A stretch of DNA of 52,007 nt, from NCBI GenBank assembly GCA_964400835.1, contig CAYNWD010000002.1, forward strand, positions 25,604 through 77,610. The letters run 5' to 3'. Below, piece by piece: positions 9,668-18,336 of the stretch. The DNA comes from an uncultured Gammaproteobacteria bacterium (GTDB taxonomy: Bacteria; Patescibacteriota; Microgenomatia; UBA10105; UBA927). The notes under the pieces were generated by a model. The model saw only the letters and a program-made list of their open reading frames with translations, ran no database searches and was not told the DNA's origin. A program made the translations under genes and the position numbers. Numbering within the stretch: the stretch's first letter is position 1; each line of letters opens with the position of its first letter.

Positions 9668-10552
9668 CTACCCATTATATTCCATCTCCTTCACCTCTCG
9701 CAATCCTTCCTCAAATGTCCGCATGTGTACCCCAAGAGCGCGAATTTTATCATTTGCGAGTGCCGCAAACCGGGGTATCGGCGCACGATTTTGAAAAAAT
9801 TCTGCAAACGTAGTTTTCGTCACCAAGGAAGGCGAAAATTCCCATATGCGGGCAACCATGCAGGCTGCGTCAAAGGGTGATATCGCCGAACTTCCGACAA
9901 CATGATACAGTCCGTGCGCATTAGTTTCCATGCACTTATTGAGCGCTGCAGCAATATCATCCACAAACGTCGGGACAAAAAGCTGGTCGGTGGCAGCGGC
10001 CAGCGAAAGACCCTGGGAGAGCCGCTCAAGCATTTTATGAACAAAATCTTTTTTGCCGACGAATACTCCCCCGGGATATGCGCGGTACGGGTTGGCAATG
10101 CGAAAAACCAGAGCCCGTTCGCCGAGCGAAAGAACCCGTTTGGCTCCTTCGTGCTTTGTCTTGGCGTACCAACCCTGCGGATTCGGTGCGTCCTCCTCCG
10201 TATAATTTTTTTTCTTCCCGTCAAACGCATAATCCGTATCGACATAGACAAGTTTTTTCCCCGTTTCCCGGACCGCCTCAACGATATTTTGCGTCGCGTC
10301 AACATTTATCTTCCAGCTAACACTGTGCTCGCCCAAATTCTTTTCTTTTTCTGCCCCCTGCACATCTGTGTATGCGGCAAAGTGAAACATCCACGGTGCC
10401 TCGGATGCCCGTACGGCTTTTTTGACCACGTCATAATTCGTAATGTCCACGCCTGTTTCAAGACTGAGGTCGCGGAAAACGTGCTTGCCGCGAAGAATTT
10501 CCACAACACGCGACCCGACTAAGCCCGAAAGGCCGGTTCCGATAATATTCAT
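9668..10552 (-). CDS. SDR-family sugar-nucleotide reductase, dTDP-4-dehydrorhamnose reductase (RfbD)-like
   Basis: 294 aa. GTGLSGLVGSRV nucleotide-binding motif and YAKTKHEGA (YxxxK). ATGA overlap with rfbB. Confidence 0.65.
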   Translation of the reverse strand: MNIIGTGLSGLVGSRVVEILRGKHVFRDLSLETGVDITNYDVVKKAVRASEAPWMFHFAAYTDVQGAEKEKNLGEHSVSWKINVDATQNIVEAVRETGKKLVYVDTDYAFDGKKKNYTEEDAPNPQGWYAKTKHEGAKRVLSLGERALVFRIANPYRAYPGGVFVGKKDFVHKMLERLSQGLSLAAATDQLFVPTFVDDIAAALNKCMETNAHGLYHVVGSSAISPFDAACMVARIWEFSPSLVTKTTFAEFFQNRAPIPRFAALANDKIRALGVHMRTFEEGLREVKEMEYNG

Positions 10553-11565
10553 AGACGCGAAGAATACTGCTTTTCGTAATAGGACTGATACTCCCCGGTT
10601 TTAACGCGCTTCCACCAGGTTGCATTGGCCTGGTACCATTCAATGGTCTCCCGAAGTCCGGCATCAAAATCGTACTGCGGCTCCCAACCGAGTTTAGCGT
10701 GCGCTTTTGACCAGTCCATGGCATACCGGCGGTCGTGCCCCGGCCGGTCCCTGACAAATTCTATGAGACTTTCCGGGGCTTCCATAAGAGAAAGAATCTT
10801 TCGGACGACGCCGAGGTTATTTTCGTCCTGAGATTTTCCGCCAAAACAGTATGTTTCACCGATTTTGCCCCTGATAAGCACTGCGTCTATGCCGCGGCAA
10901 TGATCCAAAACATGCATCCAGTCTCTGACGTAAAGACCGTCGCCGTACACGGGAATTTTTTTCTTTTCCAGAACGTTTGTGATAGTAAGCGGAATAAACT
11001 TCTCGGGGAACTGATACGGGCCGTAGTTATTGGAGCAATTGGATATTGTGACCGGCAAATTGTATGTGTAATAATATGCGCGAACAAGATGATCAGACGC
11101 GGCTTTACTGGCTGAATATGGACTTCTGGGGTTATAACTTGTTCGTTCATTAAATTTACTCAAATCACTAAGTTCAAGCTCTCCGAACACTTCATCCGTG
11201 GACACATGATGAAAACGCTTCACCTTATGACGAAGACTGGATTCCAGTAATACCTGTGTCCCGACGACATTTGTCTGGACAAAGGGTGAAGGCTCTGCTA
11301 TAGAACGGTCAACGTGGCTTTCGGCGGCAAAATGAACCACAATATCGACACCGCTCATTACCCGATCCACCAAAGCCGCGTCACAAATATCTCCCCTTAT
11401 GAATGAATATCGGGGATCAGTCTCAATCGGCTTCAGGTTCCAAAGATTCCCGGCGTACGTCAGTTTATCAAAGTTAACCACCTGATCGGACTTGTGAACC
11501 CTAAGCCAGTAAAGAATAAAATTTGAACCGATGAACCCGGCACCGCCGGTTACGAGAAGTTTCAT
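10549..11565 (-). CDS. rfbB: dTDP-glucose 4,6-dehydratase
   Basis: Track ORF trimmed to MKLLVTGGAGFIGSNF. YSASKAASDH catalytic motif. About 338 aa, typical for RfbB. Confidence 0.9.
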   Translation of the reverse strand: MKLLVTGGAGFIGSNFILYWLRVHKSDQVVNFDKLTYAGNLWNLKPIETDPRYSFIRGDICDAALVDRVMSGVDIVVHFAAESHVDRSIAEPSPFVQTNVVGTQVLLESSLRHKVKRFHHVSTDEVFGELELSDLSKFNERTSYNPRSPYSASKAASDHLVRAYYYTYNLPVTISNCSNNYGPYQFPEKFIPLTITNVLEKKKIPVYGDGLYVRDWMHVLDHCRGIDAVLIRGKIGETYCFGGKSQDENNLGVVRKILSLMEAPESLIEFVRDRPGHDRRYAMDWSKAHAKLGWEPQYDFDAGLRETIEWYQANATWWKRVKTGEYQSYYEKQYSSRL

Positions 11566-11587
11566 AGAAAGAAAAGTAACACAAAGG

Positions 11588-12337
11588 CTAGAGCTTGCCC
11601 TGCCTGACCAGTTCCGCCACCTGCATATTGGCCGCAAGAAGTTCGTCGTGGGAGGTCCCTGCGTCGATCCACCAGTCAATGACATCGCACAGAAGCGACC
11701 CCTCTTTGAGATACAAGTTATTTAGATCCGTAATTTCCAGCTGGCCGCGGCCGGAGGGCTTGAGCGATTTTACAAGATCAAAGACGCGCTCATCATACAC
11801 ATAAACGCCCGTTTGCGCGATGTCGGACTTTGGGTGCTCGGGCTTCTCTTCAATAGAGATCACCCGACCGCTTTTATCCATCTCTATAACCCCATATTGT
11901 CTCGCCCCTGTATCGCGCTGCACCCCAAAAACCATCGCTGCCTTTCCGCTCGTTTTTAGCCTGGAGTGAAACGCGGGAAGCGAACGGGCCAGATCAAAGT
12001 TAAAAATGTTATCGCCCAACATAACCAAAATCTGGCTCTTGTGGGCAAATTCTTGCGCTAGGGAAAGCGCATCTGCGATGCCTCCCACCGGGTTTTTCTG
12101 AATTGCGTAATAGAGCTTGAGTCCGAATTCTTCACCGGACTGCAGAAGGTTTGCAAAGTCACCGACGTGCTCGCCGCCGGTGGTAATGAGCACCTCTTTC
12201 ACCCCGGCCTTTTTCATCGCTTCCAGGGGATAAAAGATCATCGGCTTGTTATAGACCGGAAGCAGATGCTTGTTTGTAACAAGTGTCAGAGGACGCAGGC
12301 GTGTAGCAAGTCCACCGGCGAGAATGACTCCCTTCAT
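11588..12337 (-). CDS. rfbA: Glucose-1-phosphate thymidylyltransferase-type sugar nucleotidyltransferase
   Basis: MKGVILAGGLATRLRPLT signature. Lies next to rfbB. Confidence 0.8.
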   Translation of the reverse strand: MKGVILAGGLATRLRPLTLVTNKHLLPVYNKPMIFYPLEAMKKAGVKEVLITTGGEHVGDFANLLQSGEEFGLKLYYAIQKNPVGGIADALSLAQEFAHKSQILVMLGDNIFNFDLARSLPAFHSRLKTSGKAAMVFGVQRDTGARQYGVIEMDKSGRVISIEEKPEHPKSDIAQTGVYVYDERVFDLVKSLKPSGRGQLEITDLNNLYLKEGSLLCDVIDWWIDAGTSHDELLAANMQVAELVRQGKL

Positions 12338-12343
12338 ATAGTG

Positions 12344-12589
12344 TTAGAGCAGCATGGTCGAAAATACGAGTATCGCAATGCTGCCGATAAGGACATATTC
12401 TATCACAATCTTCGGGTGTAAATCTCCCGAGAGGGCGTGGTGGATGATGCCCCATGCAATATAGGACAGAGACGTCACTATGCCCACAAGGAGCTGGAGC
12501 GACGGAATTCCCCGCGTGAGATAAAAAAGGGCAATGCCGCCCACCAGTATGCATCCCAAAACGACAAAATGTACTGCATGGGTTTTCAT
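12344..12589 (-). CDS. Small 3-TM membrane protein, unknown function
   Basis: 81-aa hydrophobic ORF. 4-nt overlap with the upstream CAP-domain gene. Confidence 0.5.
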   Translation of the reverse strand: MKTHAVHFVVLGCILVGGIALFYLTRGIPSLQLLVGIVTSLSYIAWGIIHHALSGDLHPKIVIEYVLIGSIAILVFSTMLL

Positions 12590-13494
12590 ATGAGGCTCCC
12601 TCGTTCAATGAGAGTCACTGCGACTGCCACCGCAACCAGAAACAGGCCGTGCGCAACGCTCTGTCCGCTCAAACGGACGAGGCGGCGGCGTGCAACCAGC
12701 CATGCGTCTGCGGTCAAAACGACGATCAAAAGACCCAAAAATGTATATCCTAATTCACGCGAGAGAGCAGGAATACTAAAGAGTGGCTTCGTCGTTACAC
12801 CGGCAAACGCACCTGCCCCGGACAGAGCCGGCACAACCAGAGGCTGGTTAACCGGTAAGGTATCGGCAGCTGCGGTCTGGCGGGCCTCTTGTGGTATCTC
12901 CACCGCCCGCACCGGTTGCACAATTCTTGCCGCAGCATTGGCGCCGAACATTTGCACAACAAGCGTCGTTTCCTCACCATTCAAAATACCGTTCACCACC
13001 GCAAACCCGACATCTTCATAGCCTGGCTTCAGAATATTCTCTCTGTGGGTAGCCGACGCCATCCATGCGTCCACCACACTCAAGCTCGTCAAAAAATTCT
13101 TCGCCAGGTTCTCGCCGGCGACACTGTAGCGATATCCGGTAGAGACAATAAACTCCCACGGTGTTTTGCCGTTGGGACTCGTATGCGACCAATAGCCGTT
13201 GGCAAACATGTCAACCGCCTTGTTCGCCGCCGCCTGAGACAACTGTGCGTTTAAAGACAGCTCAGGCAGGCCTGCCTGACGTCTTTTTTCGTTTGTCGAA
13301 GCTAAAAGCTGTTCGACGTGAATGTCTGTTGCAAACCCCAAAACGTTGGGAAACGTACGATGCAATGCCTGAATACCCACGTAATAGGCAAGTAAAAGAA
13401 GCAGGTAAACAAACAGGGCGTCGACATGGAGCGCCTTCGGTTTATGGTTATTTGATGTATGCGGGACAAGGAGATGCGCAACCCAAGACTTCAT
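12586..13494 (-). CDS. CAP/SCP/PR1-like domain protein with N- and C-terminal membrane anchors
   Basis: GYWSHTSPNGKTPWEF...AGENLAKNF...W..S..HREN motifs typical of CAP domains. Confidence 0.75.
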   Translation of the reverse strand: MKSWVAHLLVPHTSNNHKPKALHVDALFVYLLLLLAYYVGIQALHRTFPNVLGFATDIHVEQLLASTNEKRRQAGLPELSLNAQLSQAAANKAVDMFANGYWSHTSPNGKTPWEFIVSTGYRYSVAGENLAKNFLTSLSVVDAWMASATHRENILKPGYEDVGFAVVNGILNGEETTLVVQMFGANAAARIVQPVRAVEIPQEARQTAAADTLPVNQPLVVPALSGAGAFAGVTTKPLFSIPALSRELGYTFLGLLIVVLTADAWLVARRRLVRLSGQSVAHGLFLVAVAVAVTLIERGSLI

Positions 13495-13526
13495 ACTTCC
13501 ATGATAGACAGACCGGAACAGAAAAT

Positions 13527-13877
13527 CTAGATCGAAGAATCAAATTTTGAAGGGCCGTAGAGAGAGGAGGATTGTGATCCCGAAAGATCGCGTATGACCG
13601 GTATGCCGAAAAGAAATCCCAGAATATTGGCGACCGAAAGGCCTATGCGGATACCGGTAAAGGAACCGTCTCCGGCCCGGACGCGTATCTGTGTCAGCTG
13701 GGACGGGGCGAGACGTGCATCCTGTAAAACTTGCGCAATAAGCGGCAGCACATTCTGGGCGTTCCGGCGGGTCGCGTGTGATTCACGGCGTATGGTTTTG
13801 TCATGCCGTGTGAGTACGACTGAAATTTTTTCGGTTTCCGATGTATCCAGAGACAAAACGATATCGTGTTTTTTCAT
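13527..13877 (-). CDS. tsaB: TsaB-like t6A protein, N-terminal half only (116 aa)
   Basis: LSLDTSE...GDGSFTGIRIGLSVAN matches the TsaB/YeaZ N-domain (GPGSFTGLRIG). Only about half the usual length. Confidence 0.7.
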   Translation of the reverse strand: MKKHDIVLSLDTSETEKISVVLTRHDKTIRRESHATRRNAQNVLPLIAQVLQDARLAPSQLTQIRVRAGDGSFTGIRIGLSVANILGFLFGIPVIRDLSGSQSSSLYGPSKFDSSI

Positions 13878-13880
13878 GTG

Positions 13881-14456
13881 CTAGGAAAGTACCAGCGCGC
13901 CCTGCCGGACTATCCGATACGGCGCAACAGAACAATCAACTACAGTCGAGACATTGCCGGCACTGGACTCTCCGGGAACCACATAATCAACAAGCTTCAC
14001 GAGCCCGGGATCAAGTTCTGTCAGCCGAAAGGGGGTGGGAGCGCCATGAAAATTTGCAGACGGGCCCAAAATGGGTACCCCGACGGCTTTGATTATTGCA
14101 TGTACCGCTTCGTGATCCGGCATTCTCACTCCCAGTGTGTTTCCCGCGCCGCGAATAGGGGAGTAAATCAGCTCTTTTTTACACGCAGCGATAATGGTAA
14201 GAGCTCCGGGCCAATACGTATCCATAAAATGTCGCACAATATTTGAGGGTGACGAAAGATAGGCGAGTGCCATTTTCTTTGAACTGACCAAAACAGGCGT
14301 TGCTTTTGTCCTGGGCCGCTTCCGAAGCAAAAAAAGCCGGTCAACCGCGCGGTGGTTGTCTATCCGGCACCCTATGCCCAGCGCCGTATCGGTAGGAAAT
14401 ATTATTATTCCACCTTTGTTTAGGACTTTAACAGCTTTCCGTACATCTGAATTCAT
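13881..14456 (-). CDS. tsaC: L-threonylcarbamoyladenylate synthase (YrdC/TsaC)
   Basis: KGGIIIFPTDTALGIGC and SANFHGAPTP motifs. 191 aa. Confidence 0.88.
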   Translation of the reverse strand: MNSDVRKAVKVLNKGGIIIFPTDTALGIGCRIDNHRAVDRLFLLRKRPRTKATPVLVSSKKMALAYLSSPSNIVRHFMDTYWPGALTIIAACKKELIYSPIRGAGNTLGVRMPDHEAVHAIIKAVGVPILGPSANFHGAPTPFRLTELDPGLVKLVDYVVPGESSAGNVSTVVDCSVAPYRIVRQGALVLS

Positions 14457-14481
14457 AAACTTCCCCGACCTCAGCGGTCGG

Positions 14482-14574
14482 GGTTTTGTTGCGCTTTGTT
14501 CGCGCTTCGCGCGCTTTTTGTATGCGCTTCACCCATGACCGTACATGGTTAATGGTTTTCGCTTTCTTGCAATA
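14482..14574. repeat. Conserved structured intergenic element, copy A (homolog at 35334..35422)
   Basis: Shares an identical 18-mer TTGTTCGCGCTTCGCGCG (14496..14513 and 35349..35366) and GGTTTTCGCT (14554..14563 and 35402..35411). Also shares a hairpin with compensatory arm changes. Both copies sit between a stop and the next minus-strand start. Confidence 0.7.
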
Positions 14575-14593
14575 AAAACTCAAATTCTAGTAA

Positions 14594-15061
14594 TTAGAAA
14601 TTAGTTCCTTTGATGGTTATTTCATGCTCACCCTCATGGAGGACTCGAAAATGTATGTCCAATCGCCGTTCGGGCATCAGATTCCCAAGTTTCTCTGCCC
14701 ATTCTATGGCAACAAACGATTTACGGTCGCGCAAAATTTCCGCTAAACCCAGTTCTCCCAGCTCAATTTCGGCTTGCAACCGGTAAAGATCAATGTGATA
14801 GAAAAACCGCAAAGGGGGTTTCAACTGATAACGTCGTACAATAATATACGTGGGGGAGAGAAGTCTCCCGGTAATTCCCAGTGCCCTGGCAAATCCCTGG
14901 ACAAACGTGGTTTTGCCGCTGCCCAGATCGCCATAGAGGCACACGCACCCCGCTGCAGTCTTTTTGTTTCCTCTTTCCTCTATCAGGTAACGCCCCAGCG
15001 CTTCGCCTGATTGCGAAGTTTCTTGGGCGCTTTTGGTAATATCTGTACGAGGAAATACCAT
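14594..15061 (-). CDS. tsaE: tRNA t6A ATPase TsaE
   Basis: GDLGSGKTTFVQGFARALGI P-loop. 155 aa. Confidence 0.88.
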   Translation of the reverse strand: MVFPRTDITKSAQETSQSGEALGRYLIEERGNKKTAAGCVCLYGDLGSGKTTFVQGFARALGITGRLLSPTYIIVRRYQLKPPLRFFYHIDLYRLQAEIELGELGLAEILRDRKSFVAIEWAEKLGNLMPERRLDIHFRVLHEGEHEITIKGTNF

Positions 15062-15396
15062 GCGAGACCGGCCCCGGTCGCGTCAATTATAACATCGCGG
15101 AACTTTCCCTCGCGCGTGGGAACTTTTGTCTGGTGAAACTCATCCGTCAGCGCATATAAAACAGTGAGGGCAAAAGCAACAAGAAACACATTGACCGCCC
15201 GGCTTTTGGGCATACTCAAACGAAACCCGCGCAGGTACAGGGTAAACAGCAGGCCGTATTCGAGAACATGGAGTGTCTTAAAAAAAAGAAAGTTAACCAT
15301 ACCTTTGTCCGAAACAGCAAGCCGCTGGGTAGAGGACAAAACAAAAATTACGACCATCCACAAAATCGACGGAAAAAAATTACGAAGTATCTTCAT
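14983..15396 (-). CDS. VanZ family membrane protein
   Basis: Trimmed to MKILRNFFPSILWMVVIFVLSS. LTDEFHQ..VPTREG..DVIIDATGA VanZ motif. Confidence 0.75.
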   Translation of the reverse strand: MKILRNFFPSILWMVVIFVLSSTQRLAVSDKGMVNFLFFKTLHVLEYGLLFTLYLRGFRLSMPKSRAVNVFLVAFALTVLYALTDEFHQTKVPTREGKFRDVIIDATGAGLAWYFLVQILPKAPKKLRNQAKRWGVT

Positions 15397-16264
15397 GAAT
15401 ATCTTTTGATTGAAAAAAACTGAGCCGTTTTTGCCAAAGAAAGTATACAGCGAGGATGGCACATCCTAAACCAATAAACAAGAGGCTTATGGCAACGGGC
15501 TTATACCACTGAATGGATTTTCCCTCCTCCTCACCTGTGGGTTCACCCGAGGGACCAGGAGTCGGACTTTCTGCAGTTACCTCGCCGAGCGTTTCTCCGC
15601 CTCCATCAGCCAGGCTCGGAACTATTGTCGCGGTTTTTGCAGCCGGCGTCGGCGTTTTGGTGGGACTAGATCCTGATGTGGGTGTTGCCGTATTGGCCGG
15701 GACAGGGGTGGGCGTCTTCGTAGGAGTGGGTGTTTTCGTGGGAGTGGGTGTTGCGGTGGGAGTCGGAGTAGGTGTGGGCGTTGATGTAGGAGCCAAGCTG
15801 ACACAGGAAACGGTTGACTTTGTCGGATCTTGGTCTTCCTGCCAGCTGCCGCCATCCGGAACTCGGCTAAATGATTTCCCCTCTGTCACAGACTTGTATG
15901 GGTAAGAATCTATCACTGTACCGCTTGAATCGAACAGCGTAGGCGTGTCAACGGTGCTATTGGTGCTACTGGTGTTATTGAGAAATGAGGAAAGATCCAG
16001 GTAGCAGGTATTTTTCGAAGGCAATATACCCGAAAGTGCTTTTTTTGCAGACCCAATATCTGATTCAAAGTCAATATCATCATCAAAAAAATATCCGGAG
16101 AAATCTACCGCTTCTTCATCCGGGTTATAAAATTCTACCCACTCATCACTATCGCCTGATCCGACGGGATTGGGTAAAAACTCATTGAGAACTACGGAGG
16201 CATACGCCTGTCCGGGAAGGACGAAGAGAAAGAAAGCGATGACAGCCAGCACCGACTGCCTCAC
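15380..16264 (-). CDS. Lamin-tail-domain (LTD) surface protein with a Pro/Thr-rich linker and C-terminal TM anchor
   Basis: Signal peptide, then VVLNEFLPNPVGSGDSDEWVEFYNP (LTD motif), a TPTPTPTPTATPTPTKTPTPTKTPTP linker, and a C-terminal hydrophobic helix. Confidence 0.8.
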   Translation of the reverse strand: MRQSVLAVIAFFLFVLPGQAYASVVLNEFLPNPVGSGDSDEWVEFYNPDEEAVDFSGYFFDDDIDFESDIGSAKKALSGILPSKNTCYLDLSSFLNNTSSTNSTVDTPTLFDSSGTVIDSYPYKSVTEGKSFSRVPDGGSWQEDQDPTKSTVSCVSLAPTSTPTPTPTPTATPTPTKTPTPTKTPTPVPANTATPTSGSSPTKTPTPAAKTATIVPSLADGGGETLGEVTAESPTPGPSGEPTGEEEGKSIQWYKPVAISLLFIGLGCAILAVYFLWQKRLSFFQSKDIHEDTS

Positions 16265-16275
16265 AAAAGTATAAG

Positions 16276-17427
16276 TTACTGCACGTGCAGATAAAAACTT
16301 AAAATTCCGTCGCCGTGATCGATATACTTAATCTTTATTATGCTACTTGAGCCGCAGGATTGGCTACTGCTGTAAAGCGTACCCTCCTTCGGCGCGCGGA
16401 TTATGTCGCTGGTTGTTGATACCATATCAAACCCGGTGTGTATACCGCCTGAATAAGAATACCGCCAGGAATACGGGGTTTGCCCGAATCGCTGCGTCAG
16501 CCTGATCGTGTCTGCCAAAGGCCATGGCCAGCCGCCGCTGCCCAGCGTATTATTCCCGCCGCTTTGTTCGTCAATGACTGTTTTGGAAGACAAATATCCC
16601 GAAGGATCAACCCAGACATTATTTTTGCGTACTTCAAAATGCAGGTGTGCGCCGGTCGAGCAACCGGGAAATCCTGTATTGCCGACAATGGCTATGGGGT
16701 CGCCGGTCGAAACCGGCCCGACCTTCACTGCCTCCAGGAGCGCCCGATCAAGCGCCTGTTTTTCCGCCAACGCCTGAGCAAGAAGCTTCTGGTAGGTCGC
16801 TTCACTGCTTCTCGTTTCATTCAGAAGTATCTGTTTTTCACGCTTTTGGCTGGCAAGCCGTCGGTTTTCCGCCTCAAGTTGTCGCTGCAATTCCTGCTGC
16901 TCCTTCAATTTCTCCTCCCGCAAGTTTTTTCGTTCTCCGTAATGATTTTGTGTGGCTTTAAGCTGAAACAGGAGCTGCGCATCCTGCTCCTGAACGGATG
17001 CAAGGTACTTGACCCGGGACAGTAGGTCTGAAACATTCTGACCCAGGAGAATAATGCCGAATTTTGGCGCAACCTGCCGTTTGTACGTTGCCGGAATCCG
17101 GCGCAGAACGAGTTCGGATCTTCTCGTGAGGAGCTCCTCGATTCTGTCGATTTCACCGACAAGCTCATCGATTTCCTTGGAAAGTTTTCCTATGGCAGAC
17201 TGAATATTTCCTATCTTGAGCGTCGTAAGGCTTATATTGGAGTCCAGAAGCTGAATTTGCTTGGCGAGCGAATTTTCCTCGTTCTGCAATTCCCGGATTT
17301 TATTCTGAAGTTCGACAATACGGCTATCAACACCACCGGTAGTTTCCGCCCGGACCTGCGGCGCAAAAAAGAGACCCGCGGTCAATAATACAAGAAGAAC
17401 AAATCGTTTCATTCGTTGAAGCATCAC
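16276..17427 (-). CDS. M23 family metallopeptidase with an N-terminal coiled coil (EnvC-like)
   Basis: Long heptad-rich N-terminal part. C-terminal HTGFDM...HLHFEV M23 motifs. Directly downstream of ftsEX. Confidence 0.85.
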   Translation of the reverse strand: MMLQRMKRFVLLVLLTAGLFFAPQVRAETTGGVDSRIVELQNKIRELQNEENSLAKQIQLLDSNISLTTLKIGNIQSAIGKLSKEIDELVGEIDRIEELLTRRSELVLRRIPATYKRQVAPKFGIILLGQNVSDLLSRVKYLASVQEQDAQLLFQLKATQNHYGERKNLREEKLKEQQELQRQLEAENRRLASQKREKQILLNETRSSEATYQKLLAQALAEKQALDRALLEAVKVGPVSTGDPIAIVGNTGFPGCSTGAHLHFEVRKNNVWVDPSGYLSSKTVIDEQSGGNNTLGSGGWPWPLADTIRLTQRFGQTPYSWRYSYSGGIHTGFDMVSTTSDIIRAPKEGTLYSSSQSCGSSSIIKIKYIDHGDGILSFYLHVQ

Positions 17428-17433
17428 GCGTCA

Positions 17434-18336
17434 TTACACTTTCAAAAATCTGGTAAGCGCCACCCAGCTTGCCGCAGCGCCAAGAAGCAGTCCCGTGCCG
17501 GTAAGCCCGACAAAAAAGACGAGACTGGAGAGAAGGAAAGGCTGACCCACTGGATTGGACAAAATCGCAGCGATCGGGGGAATGTCTCCCAAAAATGATC
17601 CGAGGTACGGCGCAGCCCATACGACAATCAAGGTCAGGATGCCCCATGCCGCGACCGATCCGCTCAACCCATACCATGCCCCTTCAAAAAGGAATGGCAG
17701 CCGCACATACCATGGCGACGCACCAACCAAGGAAAGAATTTCCACCTCATCCCGCCGCAGCGCTATTTTCATACCGATGACCGTCATAACTACCAGAAAT
17801 GAATTTATAGAGAGAAGCCCTACCAGGACGATGCCTACGATCCGCACAGCCTGGGTCCAGGAAATAAGCGCATCCACCACGTCTTTTTGGTACACCACCT
17901 CCTCAACGCCGGTAGCGTTATTGATTATGGGTTCAAGTTCCCGCAAATACGTCGGGTCCGTTGCCGACACTTCCAGCGATGCAGGGAGTATGTCCGCAGT
18001 CACCATTTCCAAAAGCAGCGGATCATCTTTGTTTTGCTCGCGGTAGATAGCCAGCGCTTCTTCCCGGGATACGTAGACAATGCCGGCGGTTTTCCCTGTC
18101 TGCTCCAGCGTTGCCTTCAGGCCGTCCGCATCATTTTTGGTCGCTTTGTCATTAAAAAATACCGTAATCTGGGGTTTGCTCTCAAAATAGGAAAGGATCA
18201 CGGAAGACGTCATACTGATCAGAAAAAACGTGCCGGCCAAAAGAAGCGTCACAAACAGGGTAAGCACGGCAACCAGCGCCTGGTAGGGCGCGCGGCGAAT
18301 ATGCGTGAGCGCGGTGGTTCTGGCTCCCATACTCAT
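17434..18336 (-). CDS. ftsX: Cell division permease FtsX
   Basis: 300 aa with four TM segments and a large extracytoplasmic loop. Adjacent to ftsE. Confidence 0.85.
   Translation of the reverse strand: MSMGARTTALTHIRRAPYQALVAVLTLFVTLLLAGTFFLISMTSSVILSYFESKPQITVFFNDKATKNDADGLKATLEQTGKTAGIVYVSREEALAIYREQNKDDPLLLEMVTADILPASLEVSATDPTYLRELEPIINNATGVEEVVYQKDVVDALISWTQAVRIVGIVLVGLLSINSFLVVMTVIGMKIALRRDEVEILSLVGASPWYVRLPFLFEGAWYGLSGSVAAWGILTLIVVWAAPYLGSFLGDIPPIAAILSNPVGQPFLLSSLVFFVGLTGTGLLLGAAASWVALTRFLKV

Noticed and set aside
14463-14483. Hairpin CCCCGACC-tcagc-GGTCGGGG followed by TTTTGTT, read as a plus-strand intrinsic terminator.
   Set aside because: No plus-strand gene or promoter lies upstream, since the region is antisense to tsaC. 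A 5' UTR hairpin on the minus strand just before the tsaC start explains it better. This is kept as part of the repeated-element finding.
15640-15800. Short tandem repeats that could be mistaken for a repeat array or CRISPR.
   Set aside because: They are in-frame ACN-CCN codons encoding the TPTPTP linker of the LTD protein. There are no spacers of unique sequence and no cas genes.
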